Source of the DNA: an uncultured Parcubacteria group bacterium
Lineage (GTDB): Bacteria > Patescibacteriota > Minisyncoccia > UBA6257 > 2-01-FULL-56-20
Reading direction: 5' to 3'
Length of the DNA stretch: 64,000 nt
Assembly: GCA_903944135.1 (NCBI GenBank)
Contig: CAJAQL010000006.1
Span: 9,425-73,424 of the forward strand
The notes under the pieces were generated by a model. It was not told the DNA's origin. It ran no database searches and saw only the letters and a program-made list of their open reading frames with translations. A program made the position numbers and the translations under genes. Below are positions 1 to 10,344 of this stretch, piece after piece (positions within the stretch are counted from its first letter, which is position 1; each line of letters opens with the position of its first letter).

Positions 1-1
1 G

Positions 2-1801
2 GTTCTGAGCGCCATCGTCATTTTTGGTTTCGGGCGTGAGTTTCATATCGGTATGATCAGGAACCTGCGGCGTCTTCGGGCGGATATGGACACGCTCGTT
101 TCGATCGGGACAATTGCCGCGTTCGCATGGAGCGTTTACGGGCTTGCGGCCGGTCGCATGGATTCGTATTTCGAAACAGGTGCGGTCGTTACGGCGCTTA
201 TCCTGCTCGGACGATATTTCGAGGCGAAGAGCCGCGGAGCCGCGGGGGAGGCAGTGGAAAAACTTATGCAGCTTGGCGCTAAATCAGCGCAGGTTCTGCG
301 TGATGGCAAGGAAAGAGAAATTCCCATCGCCGATGTCGTTGTCGGCGATATTTTGCGTATTCGGCCCGGCGAAAAGATTCCCGTAGACGGCGAAGTGGTT
401 TCCGGTGGAACAAGCATCGATGAATCGATGTTGACCGGCGAAAGCATGCCGGTCGGCAAAGGTGTTCACGATGCAGTTTTCGGCGCGACGCTGAACGTGA
501 GCGGAAGTTTCGACATGAAAGCGACGAAGATCGGGAGCGAGACAATGCTCGCGCAGATCGTGCAGATGGTATCGGACGCGCAGACGCAAAAAGCGCCGAT
601 CGAGCGGCTTGCGGATAAAATCTCATCGGTGTTCGTGCCGATTGTTCTCACGCTTGCGGCAGCGACATTCGTGATCTGGTTTTTTGTGACGCACAATATT
701 GCAGAGAGCGTGACGTCAGCCGTTGCGGTGCTCGTGGTAGCATGTCCGTGCGCTTTGGGGCTTGCAACACCAACGGCCATTATGGTCGGCACTGGCGAAG
801 GCGCACGGCGTGGCGTGCTCATTAAAAACGGTTCATCTCTCGAAAAAGGGAAGAAAATTGATGTAGTGATTTTCGATAAGACCGGTACGCTCACTGAAGG
901 AAAACCGGAGGTCACGGATATCATTGTCGCCTCTGGCATTGCGGAGGAGCATCTCCTTGCGCTCGCCGCAGGCGTAGAAAGCTTTTCCGAGCATCCGCTT
1001 GCGCGCGCCGTTATGGACGAGGCGAAGAAAAAACATTTAGCACCGCTTGCCATCAGCGGTTTCTCGAATATTGCCGGAAAAGGGATCGAAGGAATTGCCG
1101 GTGGAAAGCGAGTTGCGGTTGGAAGTATTCATTTTATTCTGGAGCAGAATATCCCGTTGGGTTCATTGGAAAAAGACATTACCCGGCTCCAATCGGAAGC
1201 GAAAACGATCCTTGCGATCATCGAGGGTGAAGATCTTATCGGCGTGCTTGCGGTTGCCGATGCGGTCAAGAGCGATGCGGCGGCGGCGATAAAAGCGCTG
1301 AAACGTATCGGCATAAAGACCATGATGATCACGGGGGATAACGAAGCCACGGCGCAAGCGGTCGCACGGACGCTTGATATCGATGACGTTATCGCGCATG
1401 TTATGCCGCAGGATAAAGCCTTAGAAATAAAGAAGCTTCAGGCGCAGGGATCGAAGGTTGCGTTCGTGGGGGATGGTATCAATGACGCACCCGCACTCGT
1501 GCAGGCGGATCTCGGCATCGCGATGGGAACCGGCACCGATATCGCCATCGAAGCAGGGGACATCGTGCTTGTAAAGGGAAGTCCCATGAAAGTTGTCGAG
1601 GCGATCACGCTCTCGCAAAGGACGTTCAGAACCATCCGACAGAACCTTTTCTGGGCGTTCTTCTATAATGTCGCGGCGATCCCGCTCGCCGCATTGGGAT
1701 TTCTTAATCCGATGATCGCGGCAACGGCGATGGCGGCGTCGAGCGTCAGCGTCGTCGGGAACAGCCTGCGGATCAGACACAAAAAGATAGTGACGACCTA
1801 A
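2..1801 (+). CDS. copA: Heavy-metal (Cu/Ag-type) translocating P1B-type ATPase, 5'-truncated by window edge
   Basis: [35 protein letters not shown] and YN/M..SS motifs; frame open back to position 2. Confidence 0.9.
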   Translation, partial: VLSAIVIFGFGREFHIGMIRNLRRLRADMDTLVSIGTIAAFAWSVYGLAAGRMDSYFETGAVVTALILLGRYFEAKSRGAAGEAVEKLMQLGAKSAQVLRDGKEREIPIADVVVGDILRIRPGEKIPVDGEVVSGGTSIDESMLTGESMPVGKGVHDAVFGATLNVSGSFDMKATKIGSETMLAQIVQMVSDAQTQKAPIERLADKISSVFVPIVLTLAAATFVIWFFVTHNIAESVTSAVAVLVVACPCALGLATPTAIMVGTGEGARRGVLIKNGSSLEKGKKIDVVIFDKTGTLTEGKPEVTDIIVASGIAEEHLLALAAGVESFSEHPLARAVMDEAKKKHLAPLAISGFSNIAGKGIEGIAGGKRVAVGSIHFILEQNIPLGSLEKDITRLQSEAKTILAIIEGEDLIGVLAVADAVKSDAAAAIKALKRIGIKTMMITGDNEATAQAVARTLDIDDVIAHVMPQDKALEIKKLQAQGSKVAFVGDGINDAPALVQADLGIAMGTGTDIAIEAGDIVLVKGSPMKVVEAITLSQRTFRTIRQNLFWAFFYNVAAIPLAALGFLNPMIAATAMAASSVSVVGNSLRIRHKKIVTT

Positions 1802-1897
1802 TGGCCCAAAAAAGGAAGTCTATGGGGTATAACCCCGTAGCTCTATTTGGGCGTATTTTACGATTACGGCCGTCTTGAATACATCGGTCCTGCAACC

Positions 1898-1906
1898 TGT
1901 GGATAA
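1898..1906 (-). promoter_or_regulatory. DnaA-box consensus match (TTATCCACA)
   Basis: TGTGGATAA on + strand in intergenic DNA; single box, function unproven. Confidence 0.3.
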
Positions 1907-2022
1907 GTCACGATGACATGTCTATAAAAACCTCTATACTATATTATATAGAGGTTTTTATTATTGTGTGATGCGAATAAAACTGGTAAGAAAACCATTT
2001 TAATCGTCGGAAAGAAGAAAGA

Positions 2023-2694
2023 ATGTCGATTTCGCTCATGGATCACCTTATCAACAAGAGAAACATCATCGTCACGCTTTCGATCGTCGTTGTGATCATT
2101 GCAGCGCTGGTTTTTTGGTTCTCTATAAAAAAACGGTCATCTCCTCCCAATACATCTCTCCTTGAGACGACTACGGCAAATATCATTAAATCGGGAGATG
2201 CTTCAAAATGTGCGTCAGTGAACCAGATGGTGGATGGTGTGAACTATGAAACGGTCTGCAAGAACAATATTGCACAGAATAAGGCTGTGGCGAATCTTGA
2301 TATCAGCGCGTGTAATGATCTTGATGATAAGCTGATGTCTGTGGCCGGATGCCAGAGTGAGATCATTGCTATGCTTGCCGCCAAGGCGACCAGTGTTTCC
2401 TTCTGTGATCAGTGGAGTGGTGCCCAGGGAGACGGTTGCCGCATTAATTTCTGGACGGACGCGGCCATGAAAAGAGGCAACGCAAGTCCGTGTTCGAATC
2501 TTCCCGCATCGAGCACGCAGGTTGCCGCTTGCGAGACAGATTTCCTGATGTTCACGATGGCGGCCGCTCCTACGAGCACTCCCGATTGCACAACATTTAC
2601 GACAACCGCGGCAAAGCAACAATGTCAAGACATAACGAAGACCACCACGCATCCGCCTGGAAACCGCGCGTTGCCAAATCAATCCACTCCATAA
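2023..2694 (+). CDS. Membrane-anchored Cys-rich repeat protein
   Basis: N-terminal TM helix followed by repeated C-x9..12-C units. Confidence 0.75.
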   Translation: MSISLMDHLINKRNIIVTLSIVVVIIAALVFWFSIKKRSSPPNTSLLETTTANIIKSGDASKCASVNQMVDGVNYETVCKNNIAQNKAVANLDISACNDLDDKLMSVAGCQSEIIAMLAAKATSVSFCDQWSGAQGDGCRINFWTDAAMKRGNASPCSNLPASSTQVAACETDFLMFTMAAAPTSTPDCTTFTTTAAKQQCQDITKTTTHPPGNRALPNQSTP

Positions 2695-2695
2695 C

Positions 2696-4156
2696 ATGAA
2701 ACGGCACTTTCTTTTCAATCTCTTTCTTGGTGTAGGGTTGGTTGGTTTGGCATTGTTCCTTCCCCGTACGAGTCTCGCGGCAACCCCTGTCCAGCTGTGG
2801 AGTAAGGGTACGGGTTCTAGTCTGGTGAGCAATGCGTGGTCGCGCCTCGCCGTCGATTCGAACAAAAATGCCTACTATGCTTTCGATGGTACGGTTTATA
2901 AGTTTGGCCCCAATTCTTCGACCTCGGTCTGGGCGGTTGACCCTGGTGGAGACTATGACATCAACGGTATCGCCGTTGATGCGAGCGGGAACGTCTATAC
3001 GGTCGACGGATTTGATAACCAAAATGATACTAGCGAGATTTACAAGATCACGAGCGCGGGGAGCGCGTCGGCTTTTGCCAACGTCACTATGCTCCCGAGT
3101 AACAGCTGTTTTGGCGATGGCGTCGCCGTTGATGCGAGCGGGAACGTCTACTGGACTGGAACGTGCACCAATAGTGGATATTTTTCGAGCTATACCATCA
3201 AGTTCAATAGCGCTGGTACTCAGCTGTGGGCTTCATGGGGCCTTGGCGGTAGCACGTGCGGCGGTTCCCTTAGTGCGGGAGATCTCATTAAGATCGGCGG
3301 TCCTTCGAATAACATCTATATCGTCGGCTACGCCGAGTGTGGAGCTAGCCGGAAGAATGAATGGTTTGTTATGGAATATAATAGCGGCGGCGGCCTCATG
3401 TATGATCCCGTATATCCCCGTTCGTATACGTACAATGCCGAGAATGGCTTGGCGATTGACTCTTCGGGCAATGCCTATATCTCGGCAAATGCCAATAACA
3501 GCGTTGCCGTGGACGAATCGGGTTCCCGGGCGACCAATTATGGCAAGCTCGTGAAATTTTCCAGCGGTTCCCTTAGTGATATCTACGACACCGCCGTAGG
3601 CGGCGGTGTCTATGGTGTAAATATCGACAGTTCTGGCGACCTGTACGTCGAGATAAACGGGAATTTCAACGAATACTCAAGTCCCAGCCTTTCTACGTTG
3701 GTATGGAGCGTCGCGACCCCGTATGGAGCCTGGTCATATACTTATAATTTCTGGCAGTACGTCGAAATAGCTGTCGACGATTATGCTGTTGACAATAGTG
3801 GCGGCTTCTATGTCATGAACCCAACTTGCTCGAATTATAGCAGTTATACCTGCAGTGGGCAGGTCATGGGCAATTACTATGGTGCATATCTGTATAGATA
3901 TGGCTCCCCGTGCAACACAACCATGGACGCAGGAGGCGGAACATGGACCTTGAGCACAGTTGCCGCTACTTGCCCCGCATGGTTGGATATCACAACCGCC
4001 AACTCAGTGACGAATGGCAACCTTCTCATTGATCAACAGATGATTATCGAGAACGGTGGATCACTTGGTTACAGTTCAGGATATCATATCAGTTTTAGCG
4101 GCTCGGGTGCTATCATTTTACGAGGATCCCCGGTTGGCTACGTTCATTCTCCATAA
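2696..4156 (+). CDS. Secreted beta-propeller (SBBP/NHL-like repeat) surface protein
   Basis: Signal peptide; repeated (G)IAVD(A/S)SGN(V/A)Y blades. Confidence 0.75.
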   Translation: MKRHFLFNLFLGVGLVGLALFLPRTSLAATPVQLWSKGTGSSLVSNAWSRLAVDSNKNAYYAFDGTVYKFGPNSSTSVWAVDPGGDYDINGIAVDASGNVYTVDGFDNQNDTSEIYKITSAGSASAFANVTMLPSNSCFGDGVAVDASGNVYWTGTCTNSGYFSSYTIKFNSAGTQLWASWGLGGSTCGGSLSAGDLIKIGGPSNNIYIVGYAECGASRKNEWFVMEYNSGGGLMYDPVYPRSYTYNAENGLAIDSSGNAYISANANNSVAVDESGSRATNYGKLVKFSSGSLSDIYDTAVGGGVYGVNIDSSGDLYVEINGNFNEYSSPSLSTLVWSVATPYGAWSYTYNFWQYVEIAVDDYAVDNSGGFYVMNPTCSNYSSYTCSGQVMGNYYGAYLYRYGSPCNTTMDAGGGTWTLSTVAATCPAWLDITTANSVTNGNLLIDQQMIIENGGSLGYSSGYHISFSGSGAIILRGSPVGYVHSP

Positions 4157-4186
4157 AGAACATGATGTCTTTTAGATAGATAAGAA

Positions 4187-4215
4187 AACGGCCACGGAAA
4201 AAATCCGTGGCCGTT
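4187..4215. terminator. Bidirectional hairpin terminator
   Basis: AACGGCCACGGA / TCCGTGGCCGTT stem between convergent genes. Confidence 0.7.
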
Positions 4216-4228
4216 GCCTCACGTGGTC

Positions 4229-5605
4229 TTACCAGGCCATAAGAGGTGTTCCAGTGGTGAAATTCAAAGTGCTGAGAGTTGCCCCGGTCGTTGTGTCAGC
4301 GACCTTAAGGGTATTGTTGTCCCAATATACCAGGCGAACTCCGTCGGCTGAGGGGGTCGGATGGGATACCGGACCGCCGATAAGGAGGTTTTCGCCTCCC
4401 GTACCATCGGCATTTATCCAATAAATGCCGCCGACAGTAATGTGGTAGTAAAGAATCTCATTCCCATCGGCTGACCAAACCCCTCCTCCGCTTGGGGTAT
4501 TGATGAGTTGTTCCTGATTAGTTCCGTCCGCATTCATGATCCAGACGTATTCAGCGCCCCCTTCAATGTGATGCCAGAGAATCTTCGTCCCATCGGGCGA
4601 ATAGTGTGGCCCATCACCTACGAGGCCCGTCACTGTTTCACTTTCCAGGAGTTGCTGCCCCGTGCCGTCCAATGCGGACGCGTAAATCTCTGCCTTCGAG
4701 GAATTGTCGGGTTGTGTGGCAATCGCCTGATAGACAAGATGTTTTCCGTCGGGTGAAAAACCTGCATCAATGACGGAATACAAACCCGTCTCGGCCGTGT
4801 TCGTCAGAACGGTGCCGCTTGCAGTCCCGTCGGTGGTATAGATGAAGATCTTACTCCCGAGGGTGCAAGCAAAGCTCAACCGATCAAATGAGAACGATCG
4901 AAGCACACACGTGTTGTTGTTCAATAACTGAATGGGGTTTTCAGTTCCCGTTACATCCACCAAATAGACGTCGTAGTTACCAGAGGTGGCGAGGACCCAG
5001 TCGCGCACTTTGACTGTTACGGATGACGTCTTCGACGTGTCCGCCGTTGCCGTTGCCGTAATGGTCGCCGTGCCGGTCTTCTCGATCGTAGCCATACCCG
5101 TTGTTGGATTGATGCTGACAACAGACGAATCCGAAGAGTACCACGTCATGGCGACATTGGACCCGATTGGGTTCGTTACGATCGCAGTATAGGTATACTT
5201 CACGCCTACCTGTGGAATGGTCGTGCCGGAGATGGCACTGATGCTCACTGCCGGAGCGGCCGTGATTGTGATTGTTGCGGTTGCCGTTTTTCCGCCCGCC
5301 GAAGCCGTGATGGTTGCGGTGCTGCCAGACGGTACGCTTGACGGAGCCGTATAAACGGTTCCGCTGATCGTGCCATAATTTGCGCTCAGCGCGTAAGACT
5401 GATCGCAGGTGCCGCTGCACACGACGCTAACGGTAAGCTGGGATGTCTTGCCAACCTGCACTGAAGTAGGATTGGCGCTGATGCTGATGGAAGCAACACT
5501 GCCGCCACCGATTGGATTCGTATTGCCGCCGCTACCGCATCCGGTGAGGGCGCCAATAGCGGTGACCACAAAAACGATGACAAAATTCCTGATTGCTTTT
5601 TTCAT
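4229..5605 (-). CDS. Lipoprotein with Ig-like (Big_2-type) domains and TolB/PD40-like beta-propeller
   Basis: Lipobox LTGC after hydrophobic signal; WYSSDSSVVSI..TG..T Ig motif; FSPDG/YSPDG/WSADG repeats; AGGAGG SD before ATG 5605. Confidence 0.75.
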   Translation of the reverse strand: MKKAIRNFVIVFVVTAIGALTGCGSGGNTNPIGGGSVASISISANPTSVQVGKTSQLTVSVVCSGTCDQSYALSANYGTISGTVYTAPSSVPSGSTATITASAGGKTATATITITAAPAVSISAISGTTIPQVGVKYTYTAIVTNPIGSNVAMTWYSSDSSVVSINPTTGMATIEKTGTATITATATADTSKTSSVTVKVRDWVLATSGNYDVYLVDVTGTENPIQLLNNNTCVLRSFSFDRLSFACTLGSKIFIYTTDGTASGTVLTNTAETGLYSVIDAGFSPDGKHLVYQAIATQPDNSSKAEIYASALDGTGQQLLESETVTGLVGDGPHYSPDGTKILWHHIEGGAEYVWIMNADGTNQEQLINTPSGGGVWSADGNEILYYHITVGGIYWINADGTGGENLLIGGPVSHPTPSADGVRLVYWDNNTLKVADTTTGATLSTLNFTTGTPLMAW

Positions 5606-5771
5606 TGAAGCCCTCCTGGGTGGCATTAAGCTCCCATTTCCATGTCGTTCTGTTTTCAAGGAACTCTTGGTTCAAGATGCCATATAGATAGAGAACTGTC
5701 AAGTTCTTATGATAACGTGCATGCACATATGAGCGAAGCATTGATCGTTGTGTGACGACTTGTATCGATTT

Positions 5772-6347
5772 CTACAGCGCGGTGCGGATGAACTCGACGC
5801 CGATCGCCATGAGGATAAGGCCCATCATTTTACCGAATACCACAACCTCTTTTTTGCCGAATACTTTCAGAATGTATGGCGCGAGGCAGAAGACGATATA
5901 GTTTATAAGGAGATTCGCAAGGATGCCCGCGAGCGTCAGGAGATATCCGTATTCTTTGGCGAGAATGATGACCAAACTGATCATGCCTGGACCCGCAATG
6001 AGCGGCGTCGCAAGCGGTATGATGCTGGGTTCTTTTTCGTTTTCAGGTTCTTCTTTCTTCGTACTGAATTCTATGCCGAAAAGTATTTTAAACCCAAGCG
6101 CCAAAAGGACCAGTCCGCCGGCAATGCGAAAACTTCCTATGGATATCTCGAAGACGTTCAAGATCGCATTCCCGAGGAGCATGAAAATGATGAGGATGAC
6201 TCCGGCATAGAGAATGGCTGATCGGGCGAATTTTTCTTTTTGTTCGCGGTTAAGCGAATGGGCAAAAGTGAGAAAGAATGGAATGTTGCCCACGGGGTCC
6301 ATGACGCCGAAGATCGCAAAAAAAACCTGAGAAAATAGAATCATCAT
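5772..6347 (-). CDS. MarC family inner membrane protein
   Basis: MDPVGNIPFF, F.IAGGLVL, IPLATPLIAGPG motifs. Confidence 0.9.
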   Translation of the reverse strand: MMILFSQVFFAIFGVMDPVGNIPFFLTFAHSLNREQKEKFARSAILYAGVILIIFMLLGNAILNVFEISIGSFRIAGGLVLLALGFKILFGIEFSTKKEEPENEKEPSIIPLATPLIAGPGMISLVIILAKEYGYLLTLAGILANLLINYIVFCLAPYILKVFGKKEVVVFGKMMGLILMAIGVEFIRTAL

Positions 6348-6419
6348 CTTTTTGATTTTATCATAAGAGAAAAACGTTTCATGATAGCCGGATCTTTTCG
6401 GTGAGCGGGGATAGGCGGT

Positions 6420-6905
6420 TTATATTTCCCATAGCATATCTTTCCGGTGTCGGTATTCGTTGCCGACAAGAAAGAGCACCGCGGCATCAAGAAAGGTAAT
6501 GAGCCAAAGGAGAATTGATGGCGTCATGATCGATTGATAGAGCTGATAGACGATGAAAAACGAAAAAACGGCGATAGATGCCGGATACGACCAGGATTTA
6601 TTATACCAGAGTCCTAAAAGCAAAAATATTTTCACGATACCGTGCGAAAGGAATATAAAAGCCCATACCGCTCGCGGCGTCGAGGAGAAGTTTTGGAACG
6701 CGTGGAAGATGTATCCCCAGACAAAATCTCTCGGATTTTCCGCGAGCTCGCCGCCGAAGAACAGAAAAACAATGTTATAAAGTTTATCGTAGCTGAAGAG
6801 CGTAAAAACGATCCCGGAAGCGATTTCTCCAAGACTGATCGCTCCCTTCAGGATGATGCCCGTAAGAAATAACGCGTGATAGGTTTTTCTGGAAATAGAT
6901 TTCAT
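6420..6905 (-). CDS. DUF2127-like membrane protein
   Basis: LKG...LGEI.SG, LSHGIVK, W.YP, F..YQLY pattern. Confidence 0.7.
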   Translation of the reverse strand: MKSISRKTYHALFLTGIILKGAISLGEIASGIVFTLFSYDKLYNIVFLFFGGELAENPRDFVWGYIFHAFQNFSSTPRAVWAFIFLSHGIVKIFLLLGLWYNKSWSYPASIAVFSFFIVYQLYQSIMTPSILLWLITFLDAAVLFLVGNEYRHRKDMLWEI

Positions 6906-6962
6906 GATGTCGTTCCGATTGAAGTCTAATGCATCAGCCGAGAATAAGAAAGAACAAGGTAT

Positions 6963-8219
6963 TCAGGATTTTTTTGCAGCCGCGGTTCCGGCAACAAAGC
7001 CGGTGGTCCAACAGATCTGGAGACTATAGCCGCCGGATGGGCGGTCGATGTTCAGAATATCGCCGATAAGGTAAAGGTTCGGGAACAGGCGCGATCGCAT
7101 AGATTTAAAATCCACTTCATCAAGCGCAACGCCCCCGCTCGTTATAATTGCCTTTTCCGCGCCAAGCAATTTATCTACATGGAGGGGGATATTTTTTATG
7201 ACGCCGATGAGCTTCATTCGTTTTTCCCGCGCAACATTATTGCATTGGATCTCTTTCGCAATGCCGGCAAGTTCCATGACGATCGGAACCATGGCTCTGG
7301 GGATAAGATCCGGAAGGGCGTTCTGCAATTTTTTCCTATTATTGATCTTGAACAGTTTTTGGAGTTCCGCGTCGAGGGCTCCGTGATCTTCTTTCGGCAG
7401 GAGATCAAGGGAAAGAGCAACCTCGCCATATTTCAAAAGCTCTCCGATATCCTTGCTCATATTAAGGATGGTCGGACCGCTCAAACCTGCGTGGGTAAAA
7501 AGAATTTTGCCGTTCGCGGCATCCTGCTTTTTATTATTTTGCAAAACCGTTATTTTAATATCGGAAAGTTTCACACCCGAAAGTTTTTTTATCCATACAT
7601 CTCTCAGTGCGATCGGTACAAGCGAGGGGGTCGGTGCAATAATGGTATGTCCGATATCTTTGAGCCATGCATAACCGTCACCCGTAGAGCCGGTATCTGG
7701 ATGTGAGGTTCCGCCGGTCGCAATGATTATGGAACGACCCCGCACCGCGCTTGTGTTTTTGAGTTTTACTCCAATGAGTACGTCATGATCGCGCACTATT
7801 TTCGCTACGGGAGCATGGGAGCGCACCGTGACGTGGTATTTTTTCATATAGTTCAAAAGAACGTTCCATACCGATCGCGCGGAATCTGAAACGGGAAACG
7901 TCCGCAATTCGTTCTCCACTTTCGTATCCATACCGTTCTCGTGGAAAAAATCGAGAGTTTCTTTCACGCTCCATTGCGAAAATGCCGAAAAGAGGAACTT
8001 TCCGTCGTTTTTGAATTTTGCGAGAAATTTGCGGTTATCGAACTCTGAGTTCATCACATTGCACCTGCCGCCGCCGGTGATCAGCAGTTTTTTTCCGAGC
8101 GTATCGTTCTTTTCGAGGAGAATGACCTTGGCGCCTCTTTTTGCAGCGGTTCCGGCAGCCATCATGCCCGCTGGCCCTCCGCCGACCACGATGACATCCC
8201 ACGGAATTTTATCATTCAT
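6963..8219 (-). CDS. HI0933/YhiN (BaiN-like) flavoprotein oxidoreductase
   Basis: GGGPAG, GKKLLITGGGRCN, ATGG.S.P.TGSTGDGY, LFTH.GLSGP, GGYSLQ motifs. Confidence 0.9.
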   Translation of the reverse strand: MNDKIPWDVIVVGGGPAGMMAAGTAAKRGAKVILLEKNDTLGKKLLITGGGRCNVMNSEFDNRKFLAKFKNDGKFLFSAFSQWSVKETLDFFHENGMDTKVENELRTFPVSDSARSVWNVLLNYMKKYHVTVRSHAPVAKIVRDHDVLIGVKLKNTSAVRGRSIIIATGGTSHPDTGSTGDGYAWLKDIGHTIIAPTPSLVPIALRDVWIKKLSGVKLSDIKITVLQNNKKQDAANGKILFTHAGLSGPTILNMSKDIGELLKYGEVALSLDLLPKEDHGALDAELQKLFKINNRKKLQNALPDLIPRAMVPIVMELAGIAKEIQCNNVAREKRMKLIGVIKNIPLHVDKLLGAEKAIITSGGVALDEVDFKSMRSRLFPNLYLIGDILNIDRPSGGYSLQICWTTGFVAGTAAAKKS

Positions 8220-8286
8220 TAGCTATATAGTATCAGAAAAGAGACGCGGAACCTATGAATATCTGCGCAAGAGCTATACTGAGAAT

Positions 8287-8541
8287 ATGGTTTATTTTGT
8301 CTATCTCCTAGAGTGCACGGATGGCAGTATCTATACGGGCATCACGACCGATCTTGAGCGAAGATTCGACGAACATAAGAATAAAAGCGGCAGTCATTAT
8401 ACGGCGTCGCATGGTGCTCGAAAAATAGTTCATGCGGAAACCTATCCAAATCGTTCCGAGGCGTCGAAACGCGAAGCCGAGATAAAAAGCTGGCGTCGGG
8501 AAAGAAAAATAGAGCTGATCCGATCGAATAGATCGAATTGA
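8287..8541 (+). CDS. Small GIY-YIG nuclease (YhbQ/UPF0213-like)
   Basis: YFVYLLEC.DGSIYTGITTDLERRF.EH and A.KRE..IK motifs; start placed at ATG 8287. Confidence 0.85.
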   Translation: MVYFVYLLECTDGSIYTGITTDLERRFDEHKNKSGSHYTASHGARKIVHAETYPNRSEASKREAEIKSWRRERKIELIRSNRSN

Positions 8542-8616
8542 TCTTCTTCCTGTTCGACAAATGAAAAAAATAGGATATAATCTCTGTAGAATAACTTTTC
8601 CAAGGAGGCAATTGAC

Positions 8617-8736
8617 GTGACTAAAGGATCTGCTAGCTTCCGACTTCCGACGGGGCAGGAATGGTGTTCACTCTTGCTGTTTCTGACGTTGGTCATCATG
8701 ATGATCTGTGTATTTTCCGCACATCCTCCTCGTTAA
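8617..8736 (+). CDS. 39-aa single-TM orphan peptide (not in ORF track)
   Basis: AAGGAGG SD at 8602-8608, GTG start, MTKGSASFRLPTGQEWCSLLLFLTLVIMMICVFSAHPPR, TATAAT at 8576 and downstream hairpin. Confidence 0.55.
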   Translation: MTKGSASFRLPTGQEWCSLLLFLTLVIMMICVFSAHPPR

Positions 8737-8876
8737 CAAGGCTTCGCGTAAAAGGCTTTTGCCCGCTCGCGGAGCCTTTTATGTTTTCATCGGGAGATCT
8801 CGGTTATCGTTTACTTTTTCTAAAGGGAGCGATAGCGTAGCAAAAGATCCCGGCAAGTGCTGGAGAAGGAGGAAAA

Positions 8877-9362
8877 ATGGAGTCTCCGGAAACGTATGGC
8901 AAGCTTATGATCGGAAACCACGATGGATGGCAAACCGAGACGGTATATTATCTCGAACTTGAGAACGTGCATACGAGATCTTTCCCTGCTGTCATCAAGG
9001 GAACTGGGAGGGCTATCATCGCGCTTGATGAAATTCTGTTAAGCCACGTGCAGGATCATTTGCCGCCGCGCAGTTCAAGAATAAGTTCGAGCACTTTCAT
9101 GGTGAATCGCGAGCTTGGGATCGGATATCCGACGTGGAACGACGGAGAACCGCAAAAACTTTTCTCATGGCCCGAGTTCGACGCCGCGGTCACGCATGAT
9201 CCATGGCCATTTGAGTGGGCACGGGGGACTATCGAGGATGCGAGACGATTTGCACGGATTCTCGAGTCGCATGAACCGCGCAAAGAAACTTTTTCTTTTG
9301 CCGAAGAGGCGTTGTTCCCGCATGCGGAAACATACCCCCGCGGCATTTGCAAGCAATCATGA
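8877..9362 (+). CDS. Hypothetical orphan protein
   Basis: AAGGAGG SD at 8866-8872; followed by hairpin and T-run. Confidence 0.6.
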   Translation: MESPETYGKLMIGNHDGWQTETVYYLELENVHTRSFPAVIKGTGRAIIALDEILLSHVQDHLPPRSSRISSSTFMVNRELGIGYPTWNDGEPQKLFSWPEFDAAVTHDPWPFEWARGTIEDARRFARILESHEPRKETFSFAEEALFPHAETYPRGICKQS

Positions 9363-9377
9363 ACAGTCCTTTTGCCG

Positions 9378-9407
9378 GAACCCGTCGTAAGGCGGGTTCT
9401 TTTTTTT
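9378..9407 (+). terminator. Rho-independent terminator
   Basis: GAACCCG..CGGGTTC stem followed by T-run. Confidence 0.75.
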
Positions 9408-9472
9408 GTTGCTTTTATCGGTGAAAAAGACTACGCTCTGAATGTCGCAGTAAAACTCATCTATCATATATT

Positions 9473-10015
9473 ATGAACAAATTCAGAAAACCTCATGGCA
9501 ATGGCGGGCATGGCGGAAGTCGATTCGGCGGGGGACGGCCAAGTCGCCCGGGTTTTGATCGCCCGCGCCCGCAGTTCGGCGGCGGACCTCGAAGAGAGGG
9601 AGTCGAACTTTTCGATGCGGTTTGCAGCAAATGCGGTAATGCCTGCCAGGTTCCGTTCCGTCCGAATGGCCAAAAGCCGGTATATTGCCGGGCTTGCTTC
9701 GGCAGTCCAACGTCGGCTCCGGCGGGCAGGGAAAATTTCATCCGAAGGGATGTTCCCACGGTTCCGATCGCGCCAAGGATCGAGGATCGAAGCATCGCCG
9801 ATCTCAAGCAGCAGATGAACGCTATGAACGCGAAAATGGACAATATTTTGCGTATCGTGGAAACGCTATCGAAGCCGAAGCCGATCGTGTCAGTTGCGCC
9901 GATTATAACACCACCGACACCAGTGTCAGTGCCAACATCAACTAAGATCGCAGCAAAAAAGATAGTTAAAAAAGATCTTCCCAAAAAGAAGATCGCAGCA
10001 AAAAAGAAAAAATAA
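9473..10015 (+). CDS. CxxC-x17-CxxC domain protein with RGG-rich N-terminus and Lys-rich tail
   Basis: FDAVCSKCG..CQVPFRP...KPVYCRACF. Confidence 0.85.
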   Translation: MNKFRKPHGNGGHGGSRFGGGRPSRPGFDRPRPQFGGGPRREGVELFDAVCSKCGNACQVPFRPNGQKPVYCRACFGSPTSAPAGRENFIRRDVPTVPIAPRIEDRSIADLKQQMNAMNAKMDNILRIVETLSKPKPIVSVAPIITPPTPVSVPTSTKIAAKKIVKKDLPKKKIAAKKKK

Positions 10016-10066
10016 TATAATTTCTTCTATAAAAAAATCCCCCGCTGATGCGAGGGGATTTTTTTG

Positions 10067-10222
10067 CTACACCTGAGCCTCGGAGCTTTCGGTCGCAGGT
10101 TCGGACGGAGCAGCTTCGGTCGCCGGGGCGGCCTCAACTGTTTCCGGAGCCTTTTCGGTCACGGGAGATGCTTCCGGCTGAACTTCCGGAGTCGCTTCTA
10201 CCGGTACATTGGTATCGGTCAT
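10067..10222 (-). CDS. 51-aa acidic Pro/Glu/Ala/Thr-rich disordered peptide (not in ORF track)
   Basis: MTDTNVPVEATPEVQPEASPVTEKAPETVEAAPATEAAPSEPATESSEAQV; ends at shared hairpin 10032-10066. Confidence 0.6.
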   Translation of the reverse strand: MTDTNVPVEATPEVQPEASPVTEKAPETVEAAPATEAAPSEPATESSEAQV

Positions 10223-10344
10223 GAATAGGATATTTAATAATTTAGACGGCAGCGACTATCCCGCCTGCTACGAAGTAAGGATAGCATACTTCAACTTTAA
10301 TAGCGCCTATTTCTCAGGGTGTGAAAAAACGCTATACTTTCAAC

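Noticed and set aside
1898-1962. Replication origin (DnaA box plus AT-rich palindrome)
   Set aside because: Single box, no box cluster, no dnaA/dnaN nearby; the palindrome is more simply an operator or terminator
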